Of a DNA stretch of 11,659 bases, positions 1 through 7,789 are shown one piece after another (positions within the stretch are counted from its first letter, which is position 1; each line of letters starts with the position of its first letter). The DNA lies in the NCBI GenBank assembly GCA_041736305.1, contig JBGSTX010000108.1, positions 1-11,659 of the forward strand. Reading direction: 5' to 3'. Source of the stretch: Oligoflexus sp. GTDB lineage: Bacteria > Bdellovibrionota_B > Oligoflexia > Oligoflexales > Oligoflexaceae. Both the position numbers and the translations under genes were made by a program. The notes below the pieces were generated by a model. It worked only from the letters and a program-made list of their open reading frames with translations. It made no database searches and was not told where the DNA came from.

Positions 1-431
1 TGGGTCTTGGTATTGACCTTAGGCATCAGGTGTCTAACCTTGCCTTCCTTGTCGATGATCACAGTCGAGCGCAGAACGCCCATATATTCTTTGCCGTAGT
101 TTTTCTTGAGGCCCCAAGCCCCATAAGATTCAGCCACGGCATGATCGGGATCAGAGAGCAGATCGAAATTAAGGCTCTCCTTTTCCCGGAACTTCTGCAG
201 CTTATCGGCCTGGTCAGGACTGATGCCGAGGACAACAGTATCGGCGCCGGTAAAGCGCCGCTTGGCGTCGCGGATTCCGCAGGCTTGGGTCGTGCAGCCG
301 GGTGTCATGGCTTTCGGATAGAAATAGAGGACGACGTTCTTCTCGCCTTTAAAATCCTTGAGCCGAACGGTCTCGCCGTTTTGATTGACTAGAGCGAAAT
401 CAATAGCTTTCTTACCGAGGGCAACCGTCAT
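1..431 (-). CDS. bcp: Thioredoxin-dependent peroxiredoxin, BCP/PrxQ family (3' end runs off the window)
   Basis: Manual translation from ATG at 431: MTVALGKKAIDFALVNQNGETVRLKDFKGEKNVVLYFYPKAMTPGCTTQACGIRD...GISPD...LLSDPDHAVAESYGAWGLKKNYGKEYMGVLRSTVIIDKEGKVRHLMPKVNTKT. Contains the BCP signature YFYPKAxTPGCTxQAC (CxxxxC). SD GAGGAGG at 448-442. Not in the supplied ORF track. Confidence 0.96.
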   Translation of the reverse strand, partial: MTVALGKKAIDFALVNQNGETVRLKDFKGEKNVVLYFYPKAMTPGCTTQACGIRDAKRRFTGADTVVLGISPDQADKLQKFREKESLNFDLLSDPDHAVAESYGAWGLKKNYGKEYMGVLRSTVIIDKEGKVRHLMPKVNTKT

Positions 432-448
432 GAATCCACTGCCTCCTC

Positions 449-475
449 AAAAAGCGTCTCCTCTGCGGAGACGCT
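449..475 (-). terminator. Intrinsic terminator-like hairpin downstream of pmbA
   Basis: Minus strand reads AGCGTCTCC-GCAGA-GGAGACGCT-TTTT: perfect 9-bp stem, 5-nt loop and a run of 5 T, 16 nt after the pmbA stop. Confidence 0.7.
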
Positions 476-491
476 ATATTTCTAGCGATAT

Positions 492-1841
492 TTAGAGTCC
501 GGCCACGCTCAGCGCACCGAAACGCAACTCGGGGCTGAAGAAGCCCCGACCCGAGCTAGCTTCGAGTTTGGCTCCGATCGCCTGCACGCTCTCCAGCATC
601 TGGTAGAAGTTCCCTGAGAGGGTCACATCCTTCACATACTGCTGCAGCTGCCCGTTCTCGAGCAGCAGGGCCTCTACCGCCAGCGAAAAGTGTCCGGAGA
701 TCGCGTTGGTTCCCGAGTGTAAGCCTTTGAGCCCGATGACCTTGAGCACGCGGCCGTTGTAGAGATCAGCTTCCCTGGTCTTACCGGCTTTGATCAACAG
801 CTGCGTCGCCGACGTGCCGAGTGAACCTCGCGGCCCACGCGAGGCATGGCCTGTGCTTTCTAGCTTATAGTAGCGAGCTGTCGCACTGTTGTGCAGGAGA
901 GTATTCAGCTTTCCGTCTTCGACCAGAGGCATCTCGCGCCGCGTGACGCCCTCATCGTCAAAGAGGGAAAAACCGAATCCATCCGCATACTGGGGACTAT
1001 CGAGTATAGTCAGGTCCTTCGAAGCGATCATCTGTCCTACCTTGTCGCGGTAGTAGGAAACCCCTTCCATCGCAGCTTTCGCTGAAAAAGCCCCGAGGAA
1101 AGCGCCCAGTATATTCTCCCACTCGTCGATCGCAAAAACCACATCGTAGCGGCCTGTTGGAACCGCTTTGGCCTTGAGCAGATGCACGGAGGTATCCGCT
1201 GCCTCCTGCACGCAATGCTGCAGATTGAGCCCTTGAAAGTCCCGACTCACCGACGAAGAAGTGTACATGGCCTGCGTCCCCTCGCCAGCGCTCAGGGCCG
1301 AGGTGTAGCAGCTGTACGAGCGCTCGCTCTGGTAACAGTAGGTCCCGAGGTGGTTGGCGTAGAAATGCTCGCCTTCCCCGTCGGCATAGCCACTATAAGG
1401 GACGTTGCGAATATGTTCGTTGCGCTTGAGCACCTCGCTTTCGAGCTGGAGGGCCAAATCGATTTTCTCGCGCATGGCTGCATTGTCAGGACGATTGAGC
1501 TTCTCAGGGGCCACGAGCAAATCACTGGCATTCTTCTGCGTGATCATCTGATAAGGGTCGACGCCTGAAAAGCGACTCGATCCCAAGGCCTGTTGCACCA
1601 GCAGTTGTAGTGCGTCGTCATCGAGAGATTCTGAGGCGGCAATGCCGATTTTTTGATCTTGGATGACCCGAATGCCGAGCACCTGCGTGCTCGTCACCTT
1701 GGTCTTGTCGATTTTACCGGACTGCGCCTGCAGACTCAGTGAGCGGCCGCGATGCAGGATGACGTCGCATTGCTGGACACCAGCTTTTTTCGCATAATCC
1801 ACCACTTTGAAACAGAGTTCCCGACCAGCTTTTGGATCCAT
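492..1841 (-). CDS. pmbA: TldD/PmbA family protein, non-catalytic PmbA (TldE) subunit
   Basis: 449 aa with family motifs FDDEG, LVEDGKL, STGHASRG, GLHSGTNAISGHFS and SGNFYQML. Lacks HExxxH. Start overlaps the tldD stop (TAATG). Confidence 0.92.
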   Translation of the reverse strand: MDPKAGRELCFKVVDYAKKAGVQQCDVILHRGRSLSLQAQSGKIDKTKVTSTQVLGIRVIQDQKIGIAASESLDDDALQLLVQQALGSSRFSGVDPYQMITQKNASDLLVAPEKLNRPDNAAMREKIDLALQLESEVLKRNEHIRNVPYSGYADGEGEHFYANHLGTYCYQSERSYSCYTSALSAGEGTQAMYTSSSVSRDFQGLNLQHCVQEAADTSVHLLKAKAVPTGRYDVVFAIDEWENILGAFLGAFSAKAAMEGVSYYRDKVGQMIASKDLTILDSPQYADGFGFSLFDDEGVTRREMPLVEDGKLNTLLHNSATARYYKLESTGHASRGPRGSLGTSATQLLIKAGKTREADLYNGRVLKVIGLKGLHSGTNAISGHFSLAVEALLLENGQLQQYVKDVTLSGNFYQMLESVQAIGAKLEASSGRGFFSPELRFGALSVAGL

Positions 1842-3223
1842 TATGCTTCTCCTCCCACCAGGATCTCATCGACTTTAAGTGCCGGTTGGCCGACGGTTAC
1901 CGGAATTGAACCGCTCACCGATCCGCACATGCCAGGCGCCAGGAGCAGGTTCGACCCGACCATGGAAATTTTCCGCAAAACATCGGGACCGGTTCCGATG
2001 AGAGTCGCTCCACGTACGGCCTTCCCGATACGACCGTCTTCGACCAGATAAGCTTCTTCGACCGCAAAATTGAATTCGCCGGTGCCTGGAGAGACGCTTC
2101 CGCCTCCCATGACCTTGGCATAGAGGCCACGCTTGACGGTAGCGAGCATAGCTTCGAGCGAATGCGAGCCGGCTTCGATATAGGTGTTGCGCATCCGCGA
2201 GGCCGGCGCGAACTTATAAGACTGCCGGCGACCAGAGCCGGTTCGGGTGTAACCGGTCTTGAGTGAACCGAGCTTATCGACCAGAAATGAATTGAGCCTG
2301 CCGTTCTTTATCAACTGCGTTTTCTGCGTCTGCATGCCTTCGTCGTCGATATCGAGTGAACCCCAGAGACCACTGATGGTTCCATCATCGACGGCGCTTA
2401 CCGCTTCATGCGCAATCATTTCGCCCATCTTATCGTGAAATACCGAGGCTTTCTTCTCGACCGAAGTCGTCTCGAGCAAATGGCCACATGCTTCGTGAAA
2501 AATCACTCCGCCGAAACCATTATCGATCACGACGGGCATTTTGCCAGCCGGACAGGGATCGGCTTTCAAAACAGTGAGAGCCCGTTCGACCAGAGTCGCC
2601 GCCATCTCCTCAGGCTGCAGCGAGAGGGCATATTCCCAACCCTGAGCGGCGCCTGGTCCTAGAAAAGATCGGGCCTGCTGGCTACCGTCTTGGGCAATAG
2701 CTGTCACCGGGACCCGCGTATAGTGGCGCTCGTCCTCTATAAATAGACCTTCGCTGTCAAAAACCTGGAGCTTCTGCCACTTTTGCAGGCTACCGATATC
2801 AACCTGCGAGATCTGCGAATTTTTGCGGGCGGCGCGATCGATCTGCATCAAAAATTGAATTTTATCGTCGTACTGGTTGGCGCGATCGAGGCCTTGTAGC
2901 GCAGTACTCCGATGTGGGGCGGTCTGCTTTTGAAAAGAGACCGACTTGCTCTTGGGGTCGCGCCGGTCTAATTCGCAGATCAGTTTAATTATCCGCAGGA
3001 GCTCACTGCGCTCACGGATATTGGTGTAACCGTAGACCGACTGCTGATCAAAAAGAGCCCGAATGCCGATCCCAAAGTCTGTACCTGTCTTAATGTCCTT
3101 AACCTGGCTATCACGGATGCCAATGCTGCTGTATACCGTTTTTTCAACGTAAATATCAACAAAGCTAGCACCGTAAGATAGCCCGGCTTCGATTACATCA
3201 CGCGCTATAGATGTCTCAAGCAT
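1841..3223 (-). CDS. tldD: TldD metalloprotease, catalytic subunit
   Basis: 460 aa with GVIFHEACGHLLE (HExxGH), DDEG, GSGRRQSY, RMRNTYI and C-terminal GMCG...VGQP carrying the Cys metal ligand known from TldD. SD AAGGAG at 3241-3236. Confidence 0.95.
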   Translation of the reverse strand: MLETSIARDVIEAGLSYGASFVDIYVEKTVYSSIGIRDSQVKDIKTGTDFGIGIRALFDQQSVYGYTNIRERSELLRIIKLICELDRRDPKSKSVSFQKQTAPHRSTALQGLDRANQYDDKIQFLMQIDRAARKNSQISQVDIGSLQKWQKLQVFDSEGLFIEDERHYTRVPVTAIAQDGSQQARSFLGPGAAQGWEYALSLQPEEMAATLVERALTVLKADPCPAGKMPVVIDNGFGGVIFHEACGHLLETTSVEKKASVFHDKMGEMIAHEAVSAVDDGTISGLWGSLDIDDEGMQTQKTQLIKNGRLNSFLVDKLGSLKTGYTRTGSGRRQSYKFAPASRMRNTYIEAGSHSLEAMLATVKRGLYAKVMGGGSVSPGTGEFNFAVEEAYLVEDGRIGKAVRGATLIGTGPDVLRKISMVGSNLLLAPGMCGSVSGSIPVTVGQPALKVDEILVGGEA

Positions 3224-3500
3224 ATAAGTGACGCACTCCTTACTGGAGGTGAACCTTCTTCGTCTTCAGCTAAAGAGAGCATAGCGAAGGAGCCAAGCTT
3301 TCGCCAGTTCTCCTTCGATATGTGGGCGAAGTTTCTAAACGACAACTCTTTGATAGTTAGCGAAATTCGAGATGAAGTAGAGTCTCGGCTACGCTTTCAA
3401 ATGGGTGAATTCTGACGACTTGATCGCAGACGGCGGGGCGGGGCACTGCACCACGATGCAGATTGCGCATTGATAGGTCGCCTAGAGATATGAACGAGAG

Positions 3501-4406
3501 TTAGTCGACTGAATCAGCAGCGATCGGTGCTCCGGAGCGCGAGAGGAGCTTGTCCCCAATCAGCAAGAGCACGTCGCCTTCGGCAGCTTTCTTATCTTTA
3601 TCCAACCACATAGCTAGATGGCGGTAATCCTGCTGTCCATCTAGGGGTAGCTTGACCTTAGTCCAAGTGAAGCCCGACCCACTAGGAGTAAGCAAGGCTA
3701 CGTCCTCTTTTGAAGCCAACCAGTAGGATTTGTCGGTACCGCGTCCGGCGGCAACTACGGGTCCCTCTAAATCGATAGGGAGTTTACTGAGAACGAACTG
3801 ATTGAACGATGGTTTTCCATTCTGGGTATTCAGCATCACAATGTGGGTATCGAGCGTGAATATCAAATCGTTCGCCGCCGCGAAGAGTACGGTGATTTTT
3901 GCTTTATCGCCTTCAAAAACATTTGTTCCGAATCTTTCTATGATGACGGCGCCCCCCGCCGTGGCGTCCGCAGAAGTCTTACGCTTACCAATTTCTTCTG
4001 AGCTTACGGTCCAAAACTCCCCATCCGGTAGAGGATAGAGACTACTATCTTCGGGAGCAACTACCGCGGGTGCGATGGCAGCCGGCGGCGCCTCGTTGCC
4101 AGGATTATAGACCCAGGAGTTACCATCCTTACCAAAGATCACTACTACATCTGTAGCAGGTTTACTGATAAAGGCTATGTTGTTTAAAAAGTCAGCGCTG
4201 AGCGCCTCCATATTTTTTGCTTGTACCAATTCGAGGTTTTCATATTCAACTACGGCGACGGGTTCTTCATTCGGGTTTTTTTCGCCCGCGATGGCGTCTG
4301 CTTCGGGAGCCAAGCGGCGCCGGTTTACCGTTTCTTCGGGCTTTGCGCAGCTCACACCCATCGCGAGCACAAGCAAGCAAAAGCTTAATTTAAATGAATA
4401 TTCCAT
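3501..4406 (-). CDS. Hypothetical lipoprotein, possibly beta-propeller-like
   Basis: 301 aa. N-terminus MEYSFKLSFCLLVLAMGVS-C fits a lipobox at Cys20. An acidic/Pro linker precedes repeated short-strand motifs (DGNSWVY, DGEFWTV, DKSYWLA). SD AGGGAG 5 nt before the ATG. Fold is inference. Confidence 0.75.
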   Translation of the reverse strand: MEYSFKLSFCLLVLAMGVSCAKPEETVNRRRLAPEADAIAGEKNPNEEPVAVVEYENLELVQAKNMEALSADFLNNIAFISKPATDVVVIFGKDGNSWVYNPGNEAPPAAIAPAVVAPEDSSLYPLPDGEFWTVSSEEIGKRKTSADATAGGAVIIERFGTNVFEGDKAKITVLFAAANDLIFTLDTHIVMLNTQNGKPSFNQFVLSKLPIDLEGPVVAAGRGTDKSYWLASKEDVALLTPSGSGFTWTKVKLPLDGQQDYRHLAMWLDKDKKAAEGDVLLLIGDKLLSRSGAPIAADSVD

Positions 4407-4461
4407 GCAGACTCCCTACTTCCATGCCGCGTGCTCTGCGGCCTTTGGACTCTATGACAGT

Positions 4462-4489
4462 TTATCGGAATTTTTCCTCAACTTCTTAA
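4462..4489 (-). promoter_or_regulatory. Putative sigma28 (FliA) promoter for the lipoprotein gene
   Basis: Minus strand TTAAG-N15-TCCGATAA versus sigma28 consensus TAAA-N15-GCCGATAA (7/8 in the -10 box), about 55 nt upstream of the ATG. Confidence 0.65.
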
Positions 4490-4612
4490 AAAAAGCTTTA
4501 ACGGAACATCTGCGGGAAGATTTTGCCCAAGTCGTATGAATCGCGTAAAATGAACGAAAGACAATTCTTCAGTCGATTTTTCCCAGACAAAACTTGCTCT
4601 TGTCAGGAAGGC

Positions 4613-4640
4613 TCAAGTTTCGGGGCCAACCGACCGATCA
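4613..4640 (+). promoter_or_regulatory. Putative sigma28 (FliA) promoter for the lytic transglycosylase
   Basis: TCAAG(TTT)-N15-ACCGATCA, same geometry as the divergent site, 32 nt upstream of GTG 4673. Confidence 0.55.
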
Positions 4641-4672
4641 GCAATAGGGATTCGTGTATTCAGGAGTCAACT

Positions 4673-6766
4673 GTGCTGCGACTTCGTAAATTTATCGCTC
4701 TTGCCCTTAGCTCTACTCTTCTGCTTCTGGCTTCTCTGCCTTCCGAGGTACGTGCCGAAGGACAAGAAGCTTATGAGTATGCGCTAAAAAAATCCCTAAA
4801 TACGCTGAAGCAGCAGCAGCTTGAGAAGACCAGGACGACCCTGGCCGGCCTGAGCGAGCAGGTTCAAAGCGATCTCGAGCCCGGGAAGCGCCTCCAGGCG
4901 GCTATCATGCTGGCCGCCCATTACTGGGAAAACAACCAGCGCCTTTCGCGCTACTACCTCGGTATAGCCGAAGCTCTCAGAAACCCTATGAGCCCAGAAT
5001 TAAAAAGTTACGATGCCGATATCGAGCATATGCGTGTCCGCTTTAGACAGGCCGCCTTACTCGACCAGGACACGAAGCGTGAATTGGAAAGTCAGCTCCA
5101 AACTAATCCTAGCGAACCCCTGCGCCTCTCGCTGGTCGAGATGCTCTTAGAGACTAACGACGCTCTGGGCCTCAAGGCCGATTACCTGACGGTATTTCAA
5201 CGATTCTATGCGAGTTATCCGCGCACGGTTCGCAAAGATCGCTTTTTGAAGCGAGCTGCCGAGGTTTCGCGCGACAAGGCAAGCTACCCAGCTTATTACC
5301 AGCAACTTGAATCACTACTTGATCAGTATCCGGTCACCGAAGAAAGCAAGTGGGCACTCGAGCAGCTCTTGATCCAGGCAACCGCACCTGTAGCCCCCCT
5401 TCCAGCCTATTCCTTCACCTTCGGGCTTTTGAAGAAGGTCTATCGGAATTCATCCCACGATCCGGCGCAGCAGAAACGGATTCTCAACCTGGTTTCGACC
5501 CCACTCCGCAAGAAGAGCGATGTGGTTCCGGCCCGACTGAGCGTCAGCGACACGGTTCGACTCTACTGCTACTTACAGATATATGACGAGGCCCTCAACT
5601 ACGCGCAGAATATGCTCAATCGCACCGAGACTCCGGCGCCCCTCAAGGCCGAACTCCAGAACTGGATAGCGTTCATCTATTCTGAACGCGGCGATCACAG
5701 CGCGGCTTTGGTTCAGTTTCAAAACCCTGCGGCCAAACCAAAATCTGACCTTATGTTTCAAGAGTCTGAAGCCAAAAGCTATATGAGTTCGCAGAATTTC
5801 ACTGCGGCCGCATCTCATTACCTCGATCTGACGAAGCGCAGGGACCACCCTCGCTATCGTTGGTACTATTTCTGGAACCTCCTGGCTGCGGGCAAGTCGA
5901 CCAATGCGGCGAGCTATATCAGTAAGCAATCCGACCGTCTCTTCCCCGAGCGGGAGTTTCGCGGTGAAGCAGCTGCCTACTGGCGCGGCAAAGCGCTCGT
6001 GAGCGCCGGTGAAGTAGATAAAGCCAAGAATCAACTTCAGAACCTCATAAATCGTCCGGGATACTATGGAGTGTTGGCCAAAGAAGCTTTGCTGCATGGT
6101 CTAGCTATAGCAGCTAAGAACAAAGGCAGCGAACTGGTGCAGCTACCGCCCAAAGGCCCAGGCGAGGGAGAGTCTCCCAAGGCGATACTTGCCAGCTTCC
6201 GCGGCCCTGAGAAGATCGAAGAAACGAAGGAAAAGGCTGATATAGTTCCCTTTGCGTCCCAGATCAATGAAGTTGCCAAAGCGATGGAAATGGACCCCTA
6301 CCTGATCATGAGCATCATTCGTTCGGAAAGTGCCTTCAACGCTCGGGCACTCTCGGCTGCCGGTGCTCAGGGTCTCATGCAAATCATGCCCTACACAGCG
6401 GTACGCTTGGCCCGTCTTCTCGATGACAAAGATTTCCGGCTCGAGCACCTGCAGAGTGGCGAAATGAACCTGATCTACGGGAGCCTCTACCTTTCTCTTC
6501 TGCTCAACTACTACGGGGGCCACCCAATACCGGCCGTAGCCGCCTACAATGCCGGTCCACTAGCTGTCAATAAATGGCTGCGCGAATGCCGCAACTGTCC
6601 CGTAGATGCTTTCGTCGAATATATTCCCTACGCAGAGACTCGAAATTATGTCAAAAAAGTGATGTCTTCCTATACTTCACTGCGCGTGAGTGAGTCCCAT
6701 TCGGTGCCGGATTTCTTGCATAAAGACCTGCCGACGGATTTGCCCGATCAAAATCGAATTTTTTAA
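4673..6766 (+). CDS. slt: Soluble lytic murein transglycosylase (Slt70-like, helical/TPR-like N-region plus C-terminal SLT domain)
   Basis: SLT motifs IIRSESAF (catalytic Glu), GAQGLMQIMP, AAYNAG and ETRNYVKKV. Start reassigned from TTG 4523 to GTG 4673 because SD AGGAG lies at 4662-4666 and a signal peptide follows (LRLRKFIALALSSTLLLLASLPSEVRA/E). 697 aa. Confidence 0.9.
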   Translation: MLRLRKFIALALSSTLLLLASLPSEVRAEGQEAYEYALKKSLNTLKQQQLEKTRTTLAGLSEQVQSDLEPGKRLQAAIMLAAHYWENNQRLSRYYLGIAEALRNPMSPELKSYDADIEHMRVRFRQAALLDQDTKRELESQLQTNPSEPLRLSLVEMLLETNDALGLKADYLTVFQRFYASYPRTVRKDRFLKRAAEVSRDKASYPAYYQQLESLLDQYPVTEESKWALEQLLIQATAPVAPLPAYSFTFGLLKKVYRNSSHDPAQQKRILNLVSTPLRKKSDVVPARLSVSDTVRLYCYLQIYDEALNYAQNMLNRTETPAPLKAELQNWIAFIYSERGDHSAALVQFQNPAAKPKSDLMFQESEAKSYMSSQNFTAAASHYLDLTKRRDHPRYRWYYFWNLLAAGKSTNAASYISKQSDRLFPEREFRGEAAAYWRGKALVSAGEVDKAKNQLQNLINRPGYYGVLAKEALLHGLAIAAKNKGSELVQLPPKGPGEGESPKAILASFRGPEKIEETKEKADIVPFASQINEVAKAMEMDPYLIMSIIRSESAFNARALSAAGAQGLMQIMPYTAVRLARLLDDKDFRLEHLQSGEMNLIYGSLYLSLLLNYYGGHPIPAVAAYNAGPLAVNKWLRECRNCPVDAFVEYIPYAETRNYVKKVMSSYTSLRVSESHSVPDFLHKDLPTDLPDQNRIF

Positions 6767-6826
6767 GGTTTTCCCGCTAGTGGCTATGCTAGGGTAGGCG
6801 TTTCGGACGTCTATCGAGGCTCGAGC

Positions 6827-7789
6827 ATGCGTTCTCCCAAACTCAAATATGCGGTTTTATTCCTTCTACTCGTCATCATGGCGAGTTTTATCTACTGGCG
6901 TTACAGGGCCCCCACCTATCACGGGCAAGAACTTCAGGTCGATCTAACCGCCGCTCCGGATGAGACCTTTGAAATTCTCCTCCTCGGTGATACCGGCACA
7001 GCTGGCGACGCTCAATTACGGGTGGCCCAAGCCATGGAAAGCTACTGTCTTCAACATCCCCTCAAGGCAATAGTCCTGCTTGGGGACAACTTCTATCCCA
7101 GCGGCGTCGACAGCATCGACGATCCCCAGTGGAACAGTAAATTTAAGAAGCCTTATGGAAGTCCTTGCTTGAGTCAGGTGCCCTTTTATGCGGTCCTAGG
7201 CAATCATGACTATAGACTCAGTCCAGAGGCGCAGATCAATTACCGGAGTAACCAACCGCCTTGGTTTATGCCCCATCGTTTTTACAAACTGAGCTTTGGC
7301 GAGCGCCTGCAGATAGTTGCCATCGACACCAACATCCTCGACCTCTGCGGCAGAGCAGAGCTTTGCACCCTCGACTTTTTAGAACAAGCCCTGAGCGATA
7401 AACACGAAGGACGGGAAACGATCGTCGTCGGTCATCATCCGATCGATAGTGTCAGCAGCAAATACGGCAAGACCTTCCAGGGGCGGGTTCTCAAGCAGTT
7501 CCTCTGCGGCCAGGAACTTAGCTATATTTCAGGCCATTCCCATCATCTGGAGCATAGGCGTTCGGATGAATGCCGGCTCGATATGTTCGTCAGCGGTGCC
7601 GGTGGAGCCGGCCTCTATGCCGTCCGACCCTTGGACGAGGAGGCGCGCTTTGCGGTTTCGCAGCATGGGTTTCTGCGCCTCAAGGTCTCGCCCGACTCTC
7701 TGCAGTACAGTTTTTACGATACCGACGTGCGGGTTCTCTATTCCTATACCACGCGACAGGTCAAGGCCCCTCCCGCAGCCTCACCGTGA
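6827..7789 (+). CDS. Metallophosphoesterase, purple acid phosphatase/ACP5-like, N-terminal membrane anchor
   Basis: All five motif blocks are present: GDTG, GDNFY, GNHD, VVGHHP and GHSH. Hydrophobic N-terminal segment YAVLFLLLVIMASFIYW. Confidence 0.9.
   Translation: MRSPKLKYAVLFLLLVIMASFIYWRYRAPTYHGQELQVDLTAAPDETFEILLLGDTGTAGDAQLRVAQAMESYCLQHPLKAIVLLGDNFYPSGVDSIDDPQWNSKFKKPYGSPCLSQVPFYAVLGNHDYRLSPEAQINYRSNQPPWFMPHRFYKLSFGERLQIVAIDTNILDLCGRAELCTLDFLEQALSDKHEGRETIVVGHHPIDSVSSKYGKTFQGRVLKQFLCGQELSYISGHSHHLEHRRSDECRLDMFVSGAGGAGLYAVRPLDEEARFAVSQHGFLRLKVSPDSLQYSFYDTDVRVLYSYTTRQVKAPPAASP

Noticed and set aside
30..392. 120-aa plus-strand ORF
   Set aside because: Antisense shadow of bcp, which has clear motifs and an SD on the minus strand.
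492..3223. RiPP cluster around tldD-pmbA
   Set aside because: No YcaO, radical SAM, transporter or convincing precursor in the window. The pair looks housekeeping.
4523..4672. 50-aa N-terminal extension of Slt from TTG 4523
   Set aside because: No SD, it would bury the signal peptide, and it spans the putative promoter. GTG 4673 has an SD.
4407..4672. c-di-GMP (GEMM) riboswitch in the intergenic regions, prompted by the HD-GYP gene
   Set aside because: No recognisable GEMM core or GNRA/receptor architecture by eye. A cmscan run would be decisive.
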